From Euglena gracilis (taxonomy: Eukaryota): a stretch of 64,000 bases of DNA. This document shows, piece by piece, positions 48,135 to 60,700 of this stretch. The notes under the pieces are model-generated. The model saw only the letters and a list, made by a program, of their open reading frames with translations, ran no database searches and had not been told where the DNA came from. The translations under genes were made by a program, and so were the position numbers. How positions within the stretch are numbered: the stretch's first letter is position 1; every line of letters begins with the position of its first letter. The stretch covers positions 24,378,954-24,442,953 of the forward strand of contig CP154954.1 in NCBI GenBank assembly GCA_039621445.1, read 5' to 3'.

Positions 48135-50686
48135 GACTGCTTTGCTTGCAGCGCCTTGCTGTGGTGTTTTTGGGCTGTTTGTTAAAGTGCAGGGAGGAAG
48201 AGCCAGGGGGTGTGGGTGTGGTGTGACCAAGCCGGCAGGAGGGACGCAGGGGACGGAAGGTAAGTGCGGGGTGTTGGGCAAGGGAAGCGCAGGGGGGGAG
48301 GAAATAGGGTCCGCAGGGAATGAAGGGGACGGGTGTCTCCCACCCGGCTTATACCCGGGATCCACGTAACCAGTTGTGGCAAAGAACCCAGCGGAAAAAG
48401 CCCAACACTGGAAGGACAAACTTTTAAATGTGTACACCAACATGTTTATGTTTATTTGTGCAATTGCGCAAATAAACATAAACATGTCCTTCAGGGATTG
48501 TGCTTTAGTACCCATGAACTGACTCCGTTGATAAACGGCGCGACAAAGGAGCTGTGAGTGCGCAGACCAACCGGTCGTCCAGTTGGTGGGTTTGTCACAC
48601 TGCTTGTCGACGCACAAGCTTATGGGCGCAAATGCGCGCACAAACAAAATTACATTTGTGCGCACATTTGTGCAAATGCGCAAGCAAACATGTTCTTTGT
48701 TTGTGTGTGCAAATGCGCAAATGAACACAAAGAAGAACGGTGTGACGGAAGCACAACCGTCAATCACCATCAGCACATGTGATTCATTTGCGCATTTGTG
48801 CGCATCACGTTGTTTGTGGGTGCAAATGTGCAAATACACTGCATGAAGAAACTGCATAATTTATTATGTTTATTTGCGCATTTGCACCCAAAAAAACAAC
48901 GTGATGCGCGCAAATGCGCAAATGAACAACCAATGGAGGAGCAAAAGTGATTTCATTTGGCCCTCCAACAAATGCTCTTAGTGGCTTCTGAATGGGTTGA
49001 AAGCAAACCCAAATGGCCACACCGTCTCCTCCGGCATATGGTGTTATTGTGCCATTTTTGGACCATTGACAGGTCCCACAAAAGATGGGGGACAGAGGAC
49101 CTCCTGAAGGTGGGTGTGCAGCCACCCAGTAACGGTTGCACCTCCACCGGCACCAATTTTGGGTCCCAAAGGCCCTGCCGCTGGCCCGCGGCCTCGGCTC
49201 CGCTGCTGCAGCCACATCGGCTGCTGATGCTTCAGCACCCACCAGACCGACATCCCCGGTGCAACAGCACCCACCGAAGCGGCCATGTTATACCCCGCAA
49301 CCGGGGTACAAGGCTGCGGGGACAACGTGGCGCCAGTGCATGGCAACCAGCAGCTGGGGAAAGGTGGCCCTCAAACACCCGTTATTTTGGTTGCAAGGAA
49401 GTGTTGAAGCTTTACCACTGCATTGGGTGCATCAAAGTGGTGGGACTCACTCCCCCCCAAATTATGCACAAAAACTGGTGTGTTTTATATTTTTCAAGGG
49501 GAAAACTGTGGAGAATAACCATAAAACAGACTCCGGCCTGACACATCCCGGGTATTTCAGGTGCCAAATGCCTTCTTGCAACGCAGTACCGTTGCAGAAA
49601 AGGTGTCGAACAGTCACAGGTCGTTTGCACGTCATCAATTCATGACGTTTAACTGCCAAACGGATGACGCCAAAGGAACAGGCCGTGCGGGCCGGGTAAG
49701 AGCAGCACAAATGTACACATGTAAGGCAGGCACGTTTCGCCAGTCAAATGCCGTGTTCCAGTCTATATTGCACACTACCTCTCACCACGCAATTGTGGTG
49801 CAAATCATTGGTTGGCGTGAGGAATTGCGTTCGCCAGCTGTCACGGAGGAGGAGATGGTATCGCATGGTTGATGTCGATGATGGTTGATGTTTGTTAATT
49901 TGCGCATTTGCCCAAATAAACAAATTTTGTTTGTATGTTTTAAGGCTCACTGAAACACATCGCTTTGAAGCGGTTTATTAAATGTTTGTTTGCGCATTTG
50001 CGCAAATGCGCGCACAAACGTAATATTATTTATTGCACAATCGCGCACACCAACACGCCCATCATGTTTTAAAACCTCGTAGGGTCATTGTCGTCATTGG
50101 TGTCTTTTAACATGGAAAGTAAAAATACATGTTTGTGTGCGCATTTGTGCAAGTACGCGCACCAAAAAAGTTTGTCTGTGCGCGCATTTGCCCCCATGAA
50201 TATGTATTTTTATTTTCAATGTTTTGCGTTATATTTGCGCAAATGCGCCCATAAACAAAACGTTTTTTTATTTGCGCAAAAGCGCCCACAAACACACATC
50301 AGTTGTGTGACGGCTGGCTGACGTAGTCTGTGGTGTGTAATCTAATGAGGCTCCGTGTGTTCTTACCGTTGGCGGTAATATCCAAGTCAGTTCAGCCTGC
50401 ATTTCAGCACCATTTCCAAGTGTCGTAACAAGGGGTGTGTGCCTCTCTCCTGTTTGATGTATTACAGCACCAATCTCACCCTCAGCCCTATTCACGCCAT
50501 TTGGTAAGCAGCATTTACACGAAACTACTGGGAGTTAATCCCCTTTAATAGAGGAGTGTCACAGTTCATAATCTGTTATCCGCGCGTCAGGGTACAGGGT
50601 CCAGGAATTTCGTAAAATTTGCGCATTTGCACAAATGCGCAAATTCTAAAGAAAAAACCCTTAAGTGTGAATTTGGCCGCCTAAGT
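48135..50686. mobile_element. Hairpin-punctuated element 'A', copy 2 (longer)
   Basis: See copy 1. Unique coding-like segments alternate with TGCGCAAATGCGC motif clusters/hairpins at 48402-48500, 48620-48725, 48783-48926, 49895-50060 and 50130-50296. Confidence 0.75.
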
Positions 50687-50985
50687 CTGATTTTGGCTGG
50701 GTTGCAGTCAGGCTTGTGCTTAGTTGGGTGCCTATCCACGGTGGGGGGTGCTCGGGGCAGCACCCCATAGCACCCATCCGACCCCCCCCCCCCAGGGGTT
50801 AGGATTTTGGGGGTGCCTGCCCATAGCAGGCACCCCCCTCTGACCCTGGTGCCGGGGTGCCGGAAAAGGCCCTGAATGAAAATTTCAATTCAAAAATTGA
50901 GTTAAAAATTTCTGGGTCCCCCCTGGACCCCGCCGGGGGGGTGTCTGCTAGGGGCAGGCACCCTAAAGCACCCCCCCCCCTCACG

Positions 50986-51214
50986 CAGACATGCGTTTAA
51001 TGTGGTACGCCAAGGTAGTCTTTTTGTGGTTCACCGTGGACACCAAAATTTTTGGTGGTTCACATATGGACACCAAAAATTTTTTATGGTTCACATGTGA
51101 CACCAAAAAAAATATTGTGGTTCATATGTGTGCCACGGCAAAAACTCAATTGTGTGCCGCGTGCACCGCGGGAAAAAATTTGCGCTGCGGAGCGGTGCAC
51201 TAAGTGAAAGTCTG
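50986..51214. repeat. Short element with ~28-bp tandem repeats (tggttcac...gacaccaaaa)
   Basis: About 4 units without spacers; cagac...gtctg ends. Confidence 0.65.
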
Positions 51215-51249
51215 AAGTCAATGTTGCGGCTCTATGAATGTTTTCCAAA

Positions 51250-52170
51250 AAAAAAGGATTTGACAGTTGGGAAACACTTCCATTCATCACGGTGGATGAC
51301 ATAGCACGAATGGCGATTCCCCAAAGAGTTCGGTGTTTGATAGAGGAGGCCAAAAAATTGATTGGTCCCACACCCTGCACCGTTGTGAGCCGTGTCTGGG
51401 AGCAGGCTTTTGCTTAAGGGATTGCAGTACCCCCCAGCGGGGGGGGAGCTGGACTGCAGCTAGTCCAAATTTGGCTAGTGGGATTTCTAGCAGACCCCCC
51501 CGGGGGTTGTCTGCTAGCAGAGCTAGCTAGTGGAAATTTTTTTCCTAGTGACCGGCGCGAAACAATTTTTTTATGGACCCCCCAAAATGACCAAAAAAAC
51601 CCCGTTTTTGGCCATTTCTGGAAATTTTTGGAACAAAATCAGCCAAAAACCTATTAAAAACCTCATTTCCACCCCGGCGCGCAGCGCCGGAGGAAAATTT
51701 TTTTCTCAGTGGGGGGGGGACCCCGCCCCCCCCCCCCCCCCGGAGGGAGGGGGGTCTAGCTAGTCCATTTTTTCCAGTGTCTAGCTGATTGGCTAGCCAA
51801 TACCCCCCCCCCCCCCCGGGGTCCTTAAGCAAAAGCCTGTCTGGGAGCCCGGTGAGGGCAGCTTGAAACCAGCCCAGACACTGCTTATTTTCGGCGTATT
51901 TATCCGAACCGGCGTCCAGGGCAACAGGGCAGGTGAAACATTTGAATTTCGAAGAAAACAGGGTCGGAACATGCGATCGCCTATTTTCAGAGCGCTGTGC
52001 ACTGTGGCTTCTGAGTTCTGAGGGTACCAAGCGAAAGGTCTCGAAGGGAGATTTCAATTGATATGCTGTATGGTTCCTGAGCTGGGGGATTTGACAAATT
52101 AGTATGTCAAATTTTGGAATACACAATCGCTGAAAATAAGAGTTCTGTGCATTACGGTTGAATTCTGTGG
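51250..52170 (-). pseudogene. Possible hAT transposase C-terminal remnant, split by the MITE at 51403-51839
   Basis: PINFLASSIKHRTLWGIAIRAMSSTVMNGSV resembles the hAT dimerisation pattern P+xFW...PxL..+A...+S; frameshifted. Confidence 0.35.
51403..51839. mobile_element. hAT-type MITE (TIR CAGGCTTTTGCTTAAGG), perfect 8-bp TSD
   Basis: TSD tctgggag at 51395-402 and 51840-47; reverse-oriented relative of 39737-40169. Confidence 0.95.
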
Positions 52171-52253
52171 ACATCTGTCAAAAGCCTTTGACAAGAGCTT
52201 TCGGTGGATGGGCAACCCCAATGTCCCAAACATGGGAATTTGGGGTGATTACT

Positions 52254-52346
52254 CAGACGCCGGTTCGGGCGTGAAGCCAGAGCCCCCTAGAAACGATTTC
52301 AAAAACTGTGTCCCAGGCACCGGCTTCACGCCCGAACCGACGTTTG
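52254..52346. repeat. ~93-bp fold-back (25-bp near-perfect arms)
   Basis: cagacgccggttcgggcgtgaagcc / ggcttcacgcccgaaccgacgtttg; no clear TSD. Confidence 0.75.
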
Positions 52347-52784
52347 GGACACAGTTCTCAATATGGTAGTGGTGGATGTTTCTAACCCATGTGAACCTCT
52401 CAATTGACCCTCTCACTTCGAGCAGCTTCAAACAAGCAAATCTTTGGGTTTCACAAACATTTCGGGTGTAGTAGGGCAAGAAAATTACATTTTGAATTTT
52501 CTTTCAAATTCCTTCAAATTCAGGTGCTGAGAGACGTATGGTGTGCGGCATGGAGGTTTTTTTTGAAAAAAGTGGTGTGGGGTTGGGCCTTGGAAAAATG
52601 CCCCCGGGGTCACGAAGTGAATCTATGGTCGGGGGTCCAAGCCAGCATATATTTTCCAGCATGGACCCCCCTGGGGGGTCCTCAAGTAAACCCTGCTCGC
52701 ATCCATTGATGGCAAGGGTTTGCAGCTGGCCTTCTCCCCCCAAACCCCCAGAGGGCAAACTGCATGGGTTTCTCCTCCTGACCC

Positions 52785-55700
52785 TCCCTGCAGAGGCATC
52801 CGATGGGCTGCGCCGCCTCATGCACCCACGCCCTCGCCCCTGCAGAAGCCTCCCCTGCACCCCCGGGCGGGTCGGGAGGGCCCAAGCGGCTCGGCCTCCA
52901 GGCCAGGCAAATAAAAGAGGGAAGCGACCAGAGACCGGGGAATAACACCCCAGGGACTCCTGTGCAGGCGCCGGGCCGATGCTTGGCGCCGAAGCGGCTG
53001 AGTTGGTTCCGTGTATTGGTCCCAGGTACCAAGGCGATGTCTGCCGCTTGTCTTGGCCCCGGTCCCTGGCCATGCCCCTGGCCGGCAGCAGTACGTCGCA
53101 GCCCGGCCGCCGCAATCGGGAAGGCACCACAGCCCCTCGTTCGACCAGCTGGAGCGGGTGGAGGTGGAGCCCTCTCCCAGCCAGGCATTGGGGCAAAAGG
53201 TTCAGTCGTTTCCGACGCACCCCGGCCCAGCCACGAAATGATACACCTTGACCCCTGAGCGGGGAGAGGCGTTGCAGAAATGCCCGCCTGCCACAGGAAT
53301 CCTGGTGAGAGAAATCATATTGTGCGAAATTGCTCAAAATGCCTTTCCACTTCCTAGCTGCGGGCGTTTTAAGTTTGAGGTTGGTCCAAGTCACTGTCCA
53401 TGTGGAAAAAAGCTTGACACATGAGTCCACAAAGACACACAAAGATTTGTGATACAAATAGGTATTGTTCAACTGGAACCAATTTTGAGGGTGTAGAAAT
53501 GAATGTGTGAGCACAGGCAGGAGGTCAATGCGATGTGGGTTTTTTGTTTTGGTTGCTGCGGATCATGGCCACGAAAGCAGTGTTTTCTCTTTTTGGATTT
53601 TGTTTGTCGTTCAGAATTGTTATTTCAAACCATCCCCCCCGGCGAGAGCGCTTTTGCTATGTGCCGTGCGTACGGAGCCCATGGGTTGCCACCTCTTGCC
53701 TGCCCCATCAACCTCCGCATTTTGTCCGCAGAGGAGGACATTGTCCATTCACCAGCTGCCCAGCGTAACCCTCTGCTCCGGTTGCGGAGGAACGCCGTCA
53801 CCTTCCCCCTCCATGCTGAGCCTAGGCTGCACCGCACCAAGGCATCCAGTGGCCTGCCGTTCGAGTGTGGCAAGGCTGTTGTCGTGGGCTTTGCTCTTTG
53901 GGATATTTGTTTGTGGCTGTGTGTGTTTTTGCTTTATTCATTTGCCCCTTTTTGCTTTTCTTTGCCTTGTTGTGGTATTTGAAGTACAAACAAAATGGTC
54001 GAAAATGAAGAAGTATGCAGCATAATGCTGTGTTTGCAACTTTCCCCATTCCCCATGCAGCACTCCTGGTCATGAAATTATCAAATCATATTGAGGAAAA
54101 AGGGAAGAAAGTTTTTAGACTTAAACGTGGTGCAATGCTGTTAAAGTTGTCCAAAGTGGGTGCTGTCGCTTTTAGCAGGGGGGGGCAACAAGGGGTTCAA
54201 ATATGTGGTTTTTCACCCTGAAGAATAGCGATGCAATTTATCCAAAAGGGTGATATCAACTGCAAACTGTCTGGGAATCCCGGCAGGTGGACAAATTTTC
54301 TGCACTATTTTTTTTGAAAATTCACTTTTTTTCCGACATTGGGAGGGGAAAGTATGCAAAAAAATGCAAATGCTTAAAATCATTAGAAAAATGAAAATTA
54401 CGCAGAAACACAAATTAAAAGAAAAACCTCAGCAGGAAAGTTCATATAAATGGTGGAATGTGTTGAGAAAGTGGTTCCATGGAAGAAATATGGCATATTT
54501 TTTTAATTGTTTAATTTGGAGCTGCTGACCTTAGTTGAGATTTTTCAGCTTTTTTTTTGCTTGATATGTGTCATACCCAAAAGTGTCCATGCACTTCTCC
54601 ATACCACATTCCTGTTAGCAGAGGAAGAAGAAAACTAAATTCACCAGTTTGCAAAAATCCGGCGACAGCTCAGGGTCGAGACCAGAGAATGTCCTGTAGG
54701 AGGCACACCTTCGCCACCCATACGCAGGTTGCACAAGTCATGAAAGCATCTGATCTGGGGGGTCCTGAGCCGTACTTTTTTGGGAAACAATTTTTGGGTC
54801 CCCCCCCCCAGGGGCCCGTACTGGGCTGGGTGGGCGGAGGGGGCCTTAAAAGCACCCCCCCCCCGGGGGTTTTAAAAAAAGAAGCCTGGCCGGGGGAAAG
54901 GGCAACACCGGTACCCCTTGCAGCGCCGCAGCAGAGGCCACCTCCCTCCACTACGGCGCCTGTCCCTGGGAGGTGGGCCGAACTCCGGCTGCTGTCCGGC
55001 GCCAGCCGCATCGTCCCCGTGCAGACGATTGCTGAGCATTGGTTGCATCCAACCCCCCCCCCCCCACCGGGGCTGGTGAATGACCAGTTCTCCCCTTTGA
55101 CCGCTACTGGCTGCTTTTTTTTGTCTGCTGTTCCCACCGGTACAACCAGGCTTCTTTTTAAGGAAGTTCGCACCCCCCCCTCCGGGGGGCAGGCAAGTGG
55201 TAGGGCATTTTCGAGCCCCGGGGGGTTTGGACCGGGCAGTGCTATCACCCCCCCCCCCCGGTGCCAAAGTCGACGGAGGCGGATTTTTCAGGGCCATTGA
55301 AAGGTCATTTTTCAAGAAGGGAGAATTGGCTTGGTCGGCAGGGGTGTGCCTGCTATGGGCAGGTGCCCCATAGCGCAGAGCACCTCACCGACTGCGGTTG
55401 GTATAAAGAAGCCTGGCTACAGTCCAGCAACGGTTGCGGAAACCAATTTTCCGTGTCGGGTTCCCGCCTTTCCCGGGGTCCACGGGTGCCACCGCCAAAG
55501 GTGTTAGCGATCGATTGACTGCCTCCCCGCGAGGGCACCCCTCAGCAATGGCGTGCCCCGTCCCGGCCCTCCCCCCGCGGCCCGCCCGGGAACGCCACCT
55601 GCCGCCGTTGCCGCCGCCGCCGCTCACGTGCCCTCTGCATCTGAGGGCGCCTCTGCCACGCGTCGGTCCCGACAATGGCGGCCGGCCTGTTTAGGCATCG

Positions 55701-58700
55701 AAGAGTTTGGGTTGGGGTCTGGGCAACCCCAACCAGGCTTCGTTTGAAGGTGCCGGCTTCTCGTTTGACTCAGAAGACCCCGCTGGGTGGGCTGAGCCTA
55801 CCCTCCCAGAGGAGGGGGTTCGGCTCTGGCTGGCTGGGGGTTTGGGTGGACAGCTTTGGCATAACACGCTGTAAGTTTCGGGGAAATGGCCAAAACTGAT
55901 GGGGAATGGGGGTTTGGAGGCCTTTTTCCCCCGAGGCCAGGAATTGGGGTTTGAGGGCTTTCTGTTTGATGGCAGACCACCCCCTTCCTGAGCTCCTCGC
56001 TGGGCTGGGTGGGCGGAGCCACCTTGAAAAACAATCACGCATTTATTGCTCTTCGGGCACCTGTGGGACTGCAGGCCAGCTGAGGGGGTCCAGAGGTGCC
56101 AGAGGTGTGGTACACTCCCCCGCCCAACGGGTAATATTGCATCCCAGCCAGGTTCGGCCCAGGCAAACCTCCTTTGAAAATGGCCATTTTCTGGCCCTGG
56201 CACCTTTGACACTCAACGGTCTGCTCTAGCTCTAGCTCTAGCACTACCCTCTCCAGCCCTTGACCCTCCCCGCTGGGGGGGGGTAAAGAGTTAAGAAAAT
56301 GCCGATCTGGACTACGCACACAGTGCAGCCTAAACTTACAGTTGGGGATACAGGTGGAAATTATTGTATAATCAGAAAAAGAGGGAAAAGCAACCTTTCA
56401 TGAAGAACCTTTCAATGGAATGATGGGTAATGATGGTGATTATCCTAATTTTAACAAAGATGCCTTCAGCAAAAATACCAACTCTAAAATTAAAATGGCC
56501 AGAATGGTCTTCTGGAGTCTGGTGGTCTTTTGTTGCGATAAAGAGTGCCCCAAACGTTCGTTTCATAAACTTTATGTCAAATTTGCGTGCACGTGAGAAT
56601 GGCGACCCAATGTTTATGGGAAACGTAAAATGGACAAAAAATGAAGGGAAAAATGATGGGAAAATCGAGGTTCCCACATTTTTGTCTCTTGTGATGTTCG
56701 TCCAGATTGTAAGGAGAATATGCACCAAAAATGAGGGACAGGAAACGTTTTTTTCCCCTTGAGAGAAAAAGGAAAACAGGGTGTTGTCTTGTGTTTGAAA
56801 CTGATTTTGGGCATGTGGCTTCTTTCTCCGCAGGCTTTTGATTGCTCTCATGGGCTAACGTGTCGGCTTTTTCCAGGTGCCTGCCGGTTGAAAGAAAATC
56901 TGATGCACAGGCGTTTGTCTGCCATCGCCCTGTTGGGTTGGGGAAAACTCAACTCAAGTCTGGCGTGCATGGCGGATTTGTTTGACCTGAATAAAATGTT
57001 TTTTTAACTCCACCGCATTTTGTGTCCCCATTATTGTTTGAATGGACCATCCCGTTATGTTGGATCAAAATTGCCCCTCACCCTGATCTCCTCCATTTTT
57101 GTTCTTCAAAGTCTTTTCCGTCCTCCTGCCTGCGAACGTGTCCCCCAAACGTCGGCCCGACGCTCCTGCTCAAACTCATCTCAGGGCGGATCCTTGGGAG
57201 GAGATAAAAATTCCTGGCAAGACATGCACACCTTCATTTAACCTCGCCTTCCCTTCTGGGGTTGGTTGGGTGGGAAGGGGTTGCAGCCAGGACCAATCCA
57301 GCCGGAGTTTTGGCTTTTAAAGTCGTTGGTGAATGGGCCGTTGGGGTGAGTGGGTCGACCGCCCCCCCATTGGGTGGTTGGAGAACCCACCTCTAACTTT
57401 TTTTTCGAGTGAACTCCCCAAAAAGTGATACCCCTTATACACCAACTCAACCAACACGAAAAAACACGAAATGGAAAGATGAGTGGCAACAACTCGAAGA
57501 AACTGATTCACAAACTTTTTTTCTGACCAAGAGCAAGGTTATCCAAGAGCAAGGTTATATTGTGAACCTTGAACCATCTCGGCTTCTCGAAGAATCACAA
57601 ACTTCTCCAAAATCTTGAAACCTCGAAAAATCTGGAGGGGGTTCCAAAGTGGCTTAAAATGCAATGAAGCCTTAAATGGTTTAGGGGGAGGTTAAGGTTG
57701 GTCATTTTTTTGCCATTCCTGGCACCTTTGGCCACTCTGGTAATTGTTGACCATTTTTTCGGCAATTTGTGGTGATTTTTGGTATTTTTGCAATCATTGG
57801 CCATTTTTGGGCACTTTTTCCGCCGCCTTTGGTCGCTTCGGCCATTTTTCTTTTGGACAAAACCTTGACAAATCTCGAGGAGGGGGGGTCAAGCATCTCG
57901 ACTACCTTGGAACCCCTCCCCCAAAGTCAAGATCAAGATCCAACCGAACCAAGCGAAATGCCATTCTGAAATAAAAACTTTTCAATAACCTTGCCTGGGG
58001 GTTGCTTTGCAATTAGCCAAACAATTCTTTCATTTAAATCCCCCCATTTACAAACCATGCCTTCGGCCGGCCCAACAAATCAGTTTGTACGGAAGCCGGG
58101 GGGACTTATAAGTGGTTTGGAGGTTTAGCTCCAACAATCGATCACTCACTTCAAGACGAAGGGCAACCTTATTGAAACCTGGTTGGCTGACGAGGGTGCT
58201 TGGTCACTAAATTCAGATCCCTTCGGTGAGTGCCTCGCCGCACCTCCACTATTCACGCCGTGCAGAAGGCTTGCTTCCTGGCCTCAAACCGCATTCTTTG
58301 CTCCCCCTCACCTGCACTGTTTGTGTGAGGAGAGACCTGTGGCCGGTCTCTCCCCACCCCAGGGCTGTCCGCGAGGTCGACCACCCCCCACCCATCATGA
58401 CTGGGGGTTCATCCCCCTCCACCGGACCTTCCCATATTTCGGGGGCGATTTTTTGGTCAAACGTTTCTTGTTGTGGCTGGGGGTGGGTCGACGTCCCAAG
58501 ACCTTCCTGTACAGCCCTGCTCCACCCTACAACCGACATCTTTCTTTCCTTCCCCCCTCCATCGGCCATCCGTTATGGTGTGCAGCGTTTGGACGGAATG
58601 GGAAGCGTTCTGTATCGTTTTTCTCGTCATTCTATTTTGGATTGCAGTATGAATCATCTTGCTCATTTTCTTGGGCACGAAAGGGAGAGTCCCCAAATAA

Positions 58701-60700
58701 AGAAAAGAAACCCACTTTTCACACATTCCCATCCCTGCAAAGGGGGTGGGGGGGTAGTGGTTAAATTAGTGCATGTAAACTGACACAAACGAGAACGTAA
58801 TGCAAAAGGAATGAGCATTTTGCGAGTCCTTATTTTTTTGCAGAGCAAGGTATATTGTGCTTCTGGAGAATTGGGGTTGAACCTAAAACTTTGCTCCTAT
58901 TTCTTCATTTTAAGTTTCGAACTTTTTCAGGATTTAAACCATTTTCATTTGTTTTAAAAATGCCTCCACTGAGCCCCCTTTTCCAGAGTGAGTTTCGTGT
59001 GTTCACGGCGCGCTTCATTCAATCAAATGCTGTTGGGAGGGGGACTGAAAAATGGCGTCCACCCCCCGGCTCACTTCTCATGAAAGGGAGGAGGACCTCG
59101 GTCGTCCGCTCCTACCAGGTGAACTGAGCTGGAGGGGGAGGCTGTGGCATGGGGGGGAGTGGGAGGTTGGGATCAGGTGCCGGCTGGGGGCTGGGCTGCT
59201 GGGGTTGTGCGGGCTGCCGGGAGTGCTGCTGTCCTCCACTGGTTTAGGGCCTCCCCTTCCCCCAGCCACCCACCCAGCCGCTGACACACCGCCACTCCAT
59301 ATAGCTCTGAAGACACCCCACCCCCTCTGCCATCCAGAGTTTTTTCAAAAGTTTCGTGACCCTTGGGGGAGTGGGTGGGTCCCGGCCGAGCCCCCCCCCC
59401 CCCAGGGTTGGGCCAGGTGGATACCTCGCATGGGTCATCACCATTATTGCTTGAATGGAACATCCCGATAAGTTGGATCGAAATTGCCCCTCACCCTGAA
59501 CTCCTCCCTTTTTGTGCTTCAACCGTCCTCCTGCCTGTGAACGTGTCCCCCAAACGTCGCCCCCGACGCTCCTGCTCAAACTCATCTCAGGGCGGATCCT
59601 TGGGGGGAGATAAAAATTCCTGGCAAGACATTCAAATCCTTGCATCACTTATCTCAAGCACACCTTCATTTAACCTCGCCTTCCCTTCTGGGGTTGGTTG
59701 GGTGGGAGGGGTTGCAGCCAGGACCAGTCCACCTGGGTTTTTTGGCTTTTAAAGTTGAGTGGGTCGACCGCCCCCCCATTGGGTGGTTGGAGAACCCACC
59801 TGTAATAAGCGCCTCTGCAATTTCGAGATAAAGTCTGATTTTCTGATGGAAGAAAAGATCCTCGAGGAGAGGGAGCGAAGGCAACGATATAAGACACCCC
59901 ATGGCACCGTTTTTGCCCATGTAAACCTTTTGCCGCTTGCATCATAAACTGAGGTCTTATTTAGCCGCCAAAGTTAGGTGCCCCAAGGGCAGCTCATTTG
60001 ACCACAAACTCACAAAGACCACTTAAAAATGTGTTCCTAGGGTATTTCTTTAACATTATCAAACAATGATAAATTTTCTGAATGGATATTTATTGTCTGA
60101 AACATGCATTTCATGCTGCATAATGCTTGTTGGATTTTTGAATCTTTTCACCAGCAGGAGATGAAGAAGCAACAATTCTTTCAAAGTTCCTCGTCAGGTT
60201 ATTTTTAGATTGCTCATATTTAGTTATGATTGACCGGGAGTGGTTTGGTGAGGTGTGGTTTGTGATTTTTTGTGCTGAAGCAGCACACGATTCCACCTTG
60301 CACTGTCGTTGTTCAGTTGTCCCGTCGCTTGCATCCACCCTATACCCACCTCCTTGATACAACGACCAGGCCTTTTCCAAGGTTCCTGGCGATCAGATCA
60401 ACAAATGAATTATCCACCTCTTCTTTTGAACCAATAGATTCTTGTTTTAAAATGGACATGGCTTCGTTTGGCTTTAGCATTCAAAACACTCAGGAACTTT
60501 GAACGTGGCCTGTAATAATTGTATCTTGCGAGAGAACAACACTGAAGAGGCCGAGAGATGGGCTTTGCTTCCTCTTTGCAATTCTTTCCCTATCCCCCCC
60601 TAGGCCCTTGTTTTGCTGCTTTCCACACCTTGACAACGTAGCTTTGATGCCCATTTGACCCATAACCCCCGAAGGCAGTAAAATGACGAAGGATGAGGAC
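52785..60700 (+). repeat. Large unknown repeat family, copy Y
   Basis: Colinear blocks with 19820-29020 (see copy X). Confidence 0.75.
57020..59802 (+). repeat. Direct repeat pair 57020-57395 and 59441-59802
   Basis: Shared cctgctcaaactcatctcagggcggatccttggg..gagataaaaattcctggcaagacat and gggtcgaccgcccccccattgggtggttggagaacccacct. Confidence 0.9.

Noticed and set aside
48009-48857. 282-aa minus-strand ORF as a real gene
   Set aside because: It runs through motif hairpins, and the homologous region in copy 1 is frameshifted with many non-conservative changes
50986-51214. CRISPR-like ~28-bp repeats
   Set aside because: Units are adjacent and degenerate with no unique spacers, and there are no cas genes
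55147-55415. caggcttcttt...aaagaagcctg as an intact MITE
   Set aside because: Flanking 8-mers match only partly (ggtacaac/gctacagt), and another same-type terminus nearby (~54888) makes the pairing ambiguous
56372-56851. 159-aa minus-strand ORF, and coding-like stretches at 61200-62400 and 16470-17200
   Set aside because: No motif I can identify and multiple stops or frameshifts; a profile search is needed
58183-58764. Duplicated ~200-aa ORF (also 63271-63876)
   Set aside because: Identity reflects the recent duplication; the copies differ by a frameshift, and the older relative at 25060-26135 does not keep the frame
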